Below, in pieces: positions 63,886-64,000 of a DNA stretch of 64,000 bases (position 1 is the stretch's first letter; each line of letters opens with the position of its first letter). Location of the stretch: assembly GCA_964016885.1 (NCBI GenBank), contig OZ024750.1:39742001-39806000 (forward strand), given 5' to 3'. A model generated the notes under the pieces. That model made no database searches. It was given only the letters and a program-made list of their open reading frames with translations, and was not told where the DNA came from. The translations under genes were made by a program, and so were the position numbers. The DNA comes from Eledone cirrhosa. Lineage: Eukaryota.

Positions 63886-64000
63886 CAGAGGCATAACTTG
63901 GGAAAATAGCCCCTATGGCAAGCAGTGAAATTGTGACCCCTGTCCAGAGGCATAGCTTGGGAAAATAGCCCCTATGGCAAGCAGTGAAATTGTGACCCCT
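63886..64000. repeat. Start of a 59-bp tandem repeat (runs off the window end)
   Basis: CAGAGGCATA.CTTGGGAAAATAGCCCCTATGG... at 63886 and 63945. Confidence 0.8.

Overview
Eukaryotic, AT-rich, repeat-dense animal DNA. The SINE families and microsatellite style suggest an octopus or other coleoid cephalopod; this is inference, not proven. One protein-coding gene spans most of the window: a + strand quiescin sulfhydryl oxidase (QSOX). I could assemble nine GT-AG exons by hand (8537-61425, 1778 nt) with consistent phases, covering the end of Trx1, Trx2, the helix-rich region, the ERV/ALR domain (CEEC, CPKC) and a C-terminal transmembrane helix. The exon(s) with the Trx1 CxxC lie upstream of the window. 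The introns hold two large satellites (35 bp, about 7.4 kb; 63 bp, about 17.3 kb, with higher-order duplications) and more than ten minisatellites. They also hold tRNA/CORE-type SINEs, TTAA-flanked MITEs, a complete non-autonomous Helitron, and RTE, CR1, CRE, hAT and Penelope relics; an R4/Dong relic lies just downstream of the gene. The most notable observations are: (i) several minimal type I hammerhead-ribozyme-like motifs, the best at 10254-10292 in the sense of the QSOX pre-mRNA; (ii) many minisatellites whose parent transposon can be seen elsewhere in the window; (iii) several intronic inverted repeats that could form dsRNA. The very long repetitive ORFs in the ORF track are satellite artefacts. 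I see no evidence for a wholly new multi-gene system.
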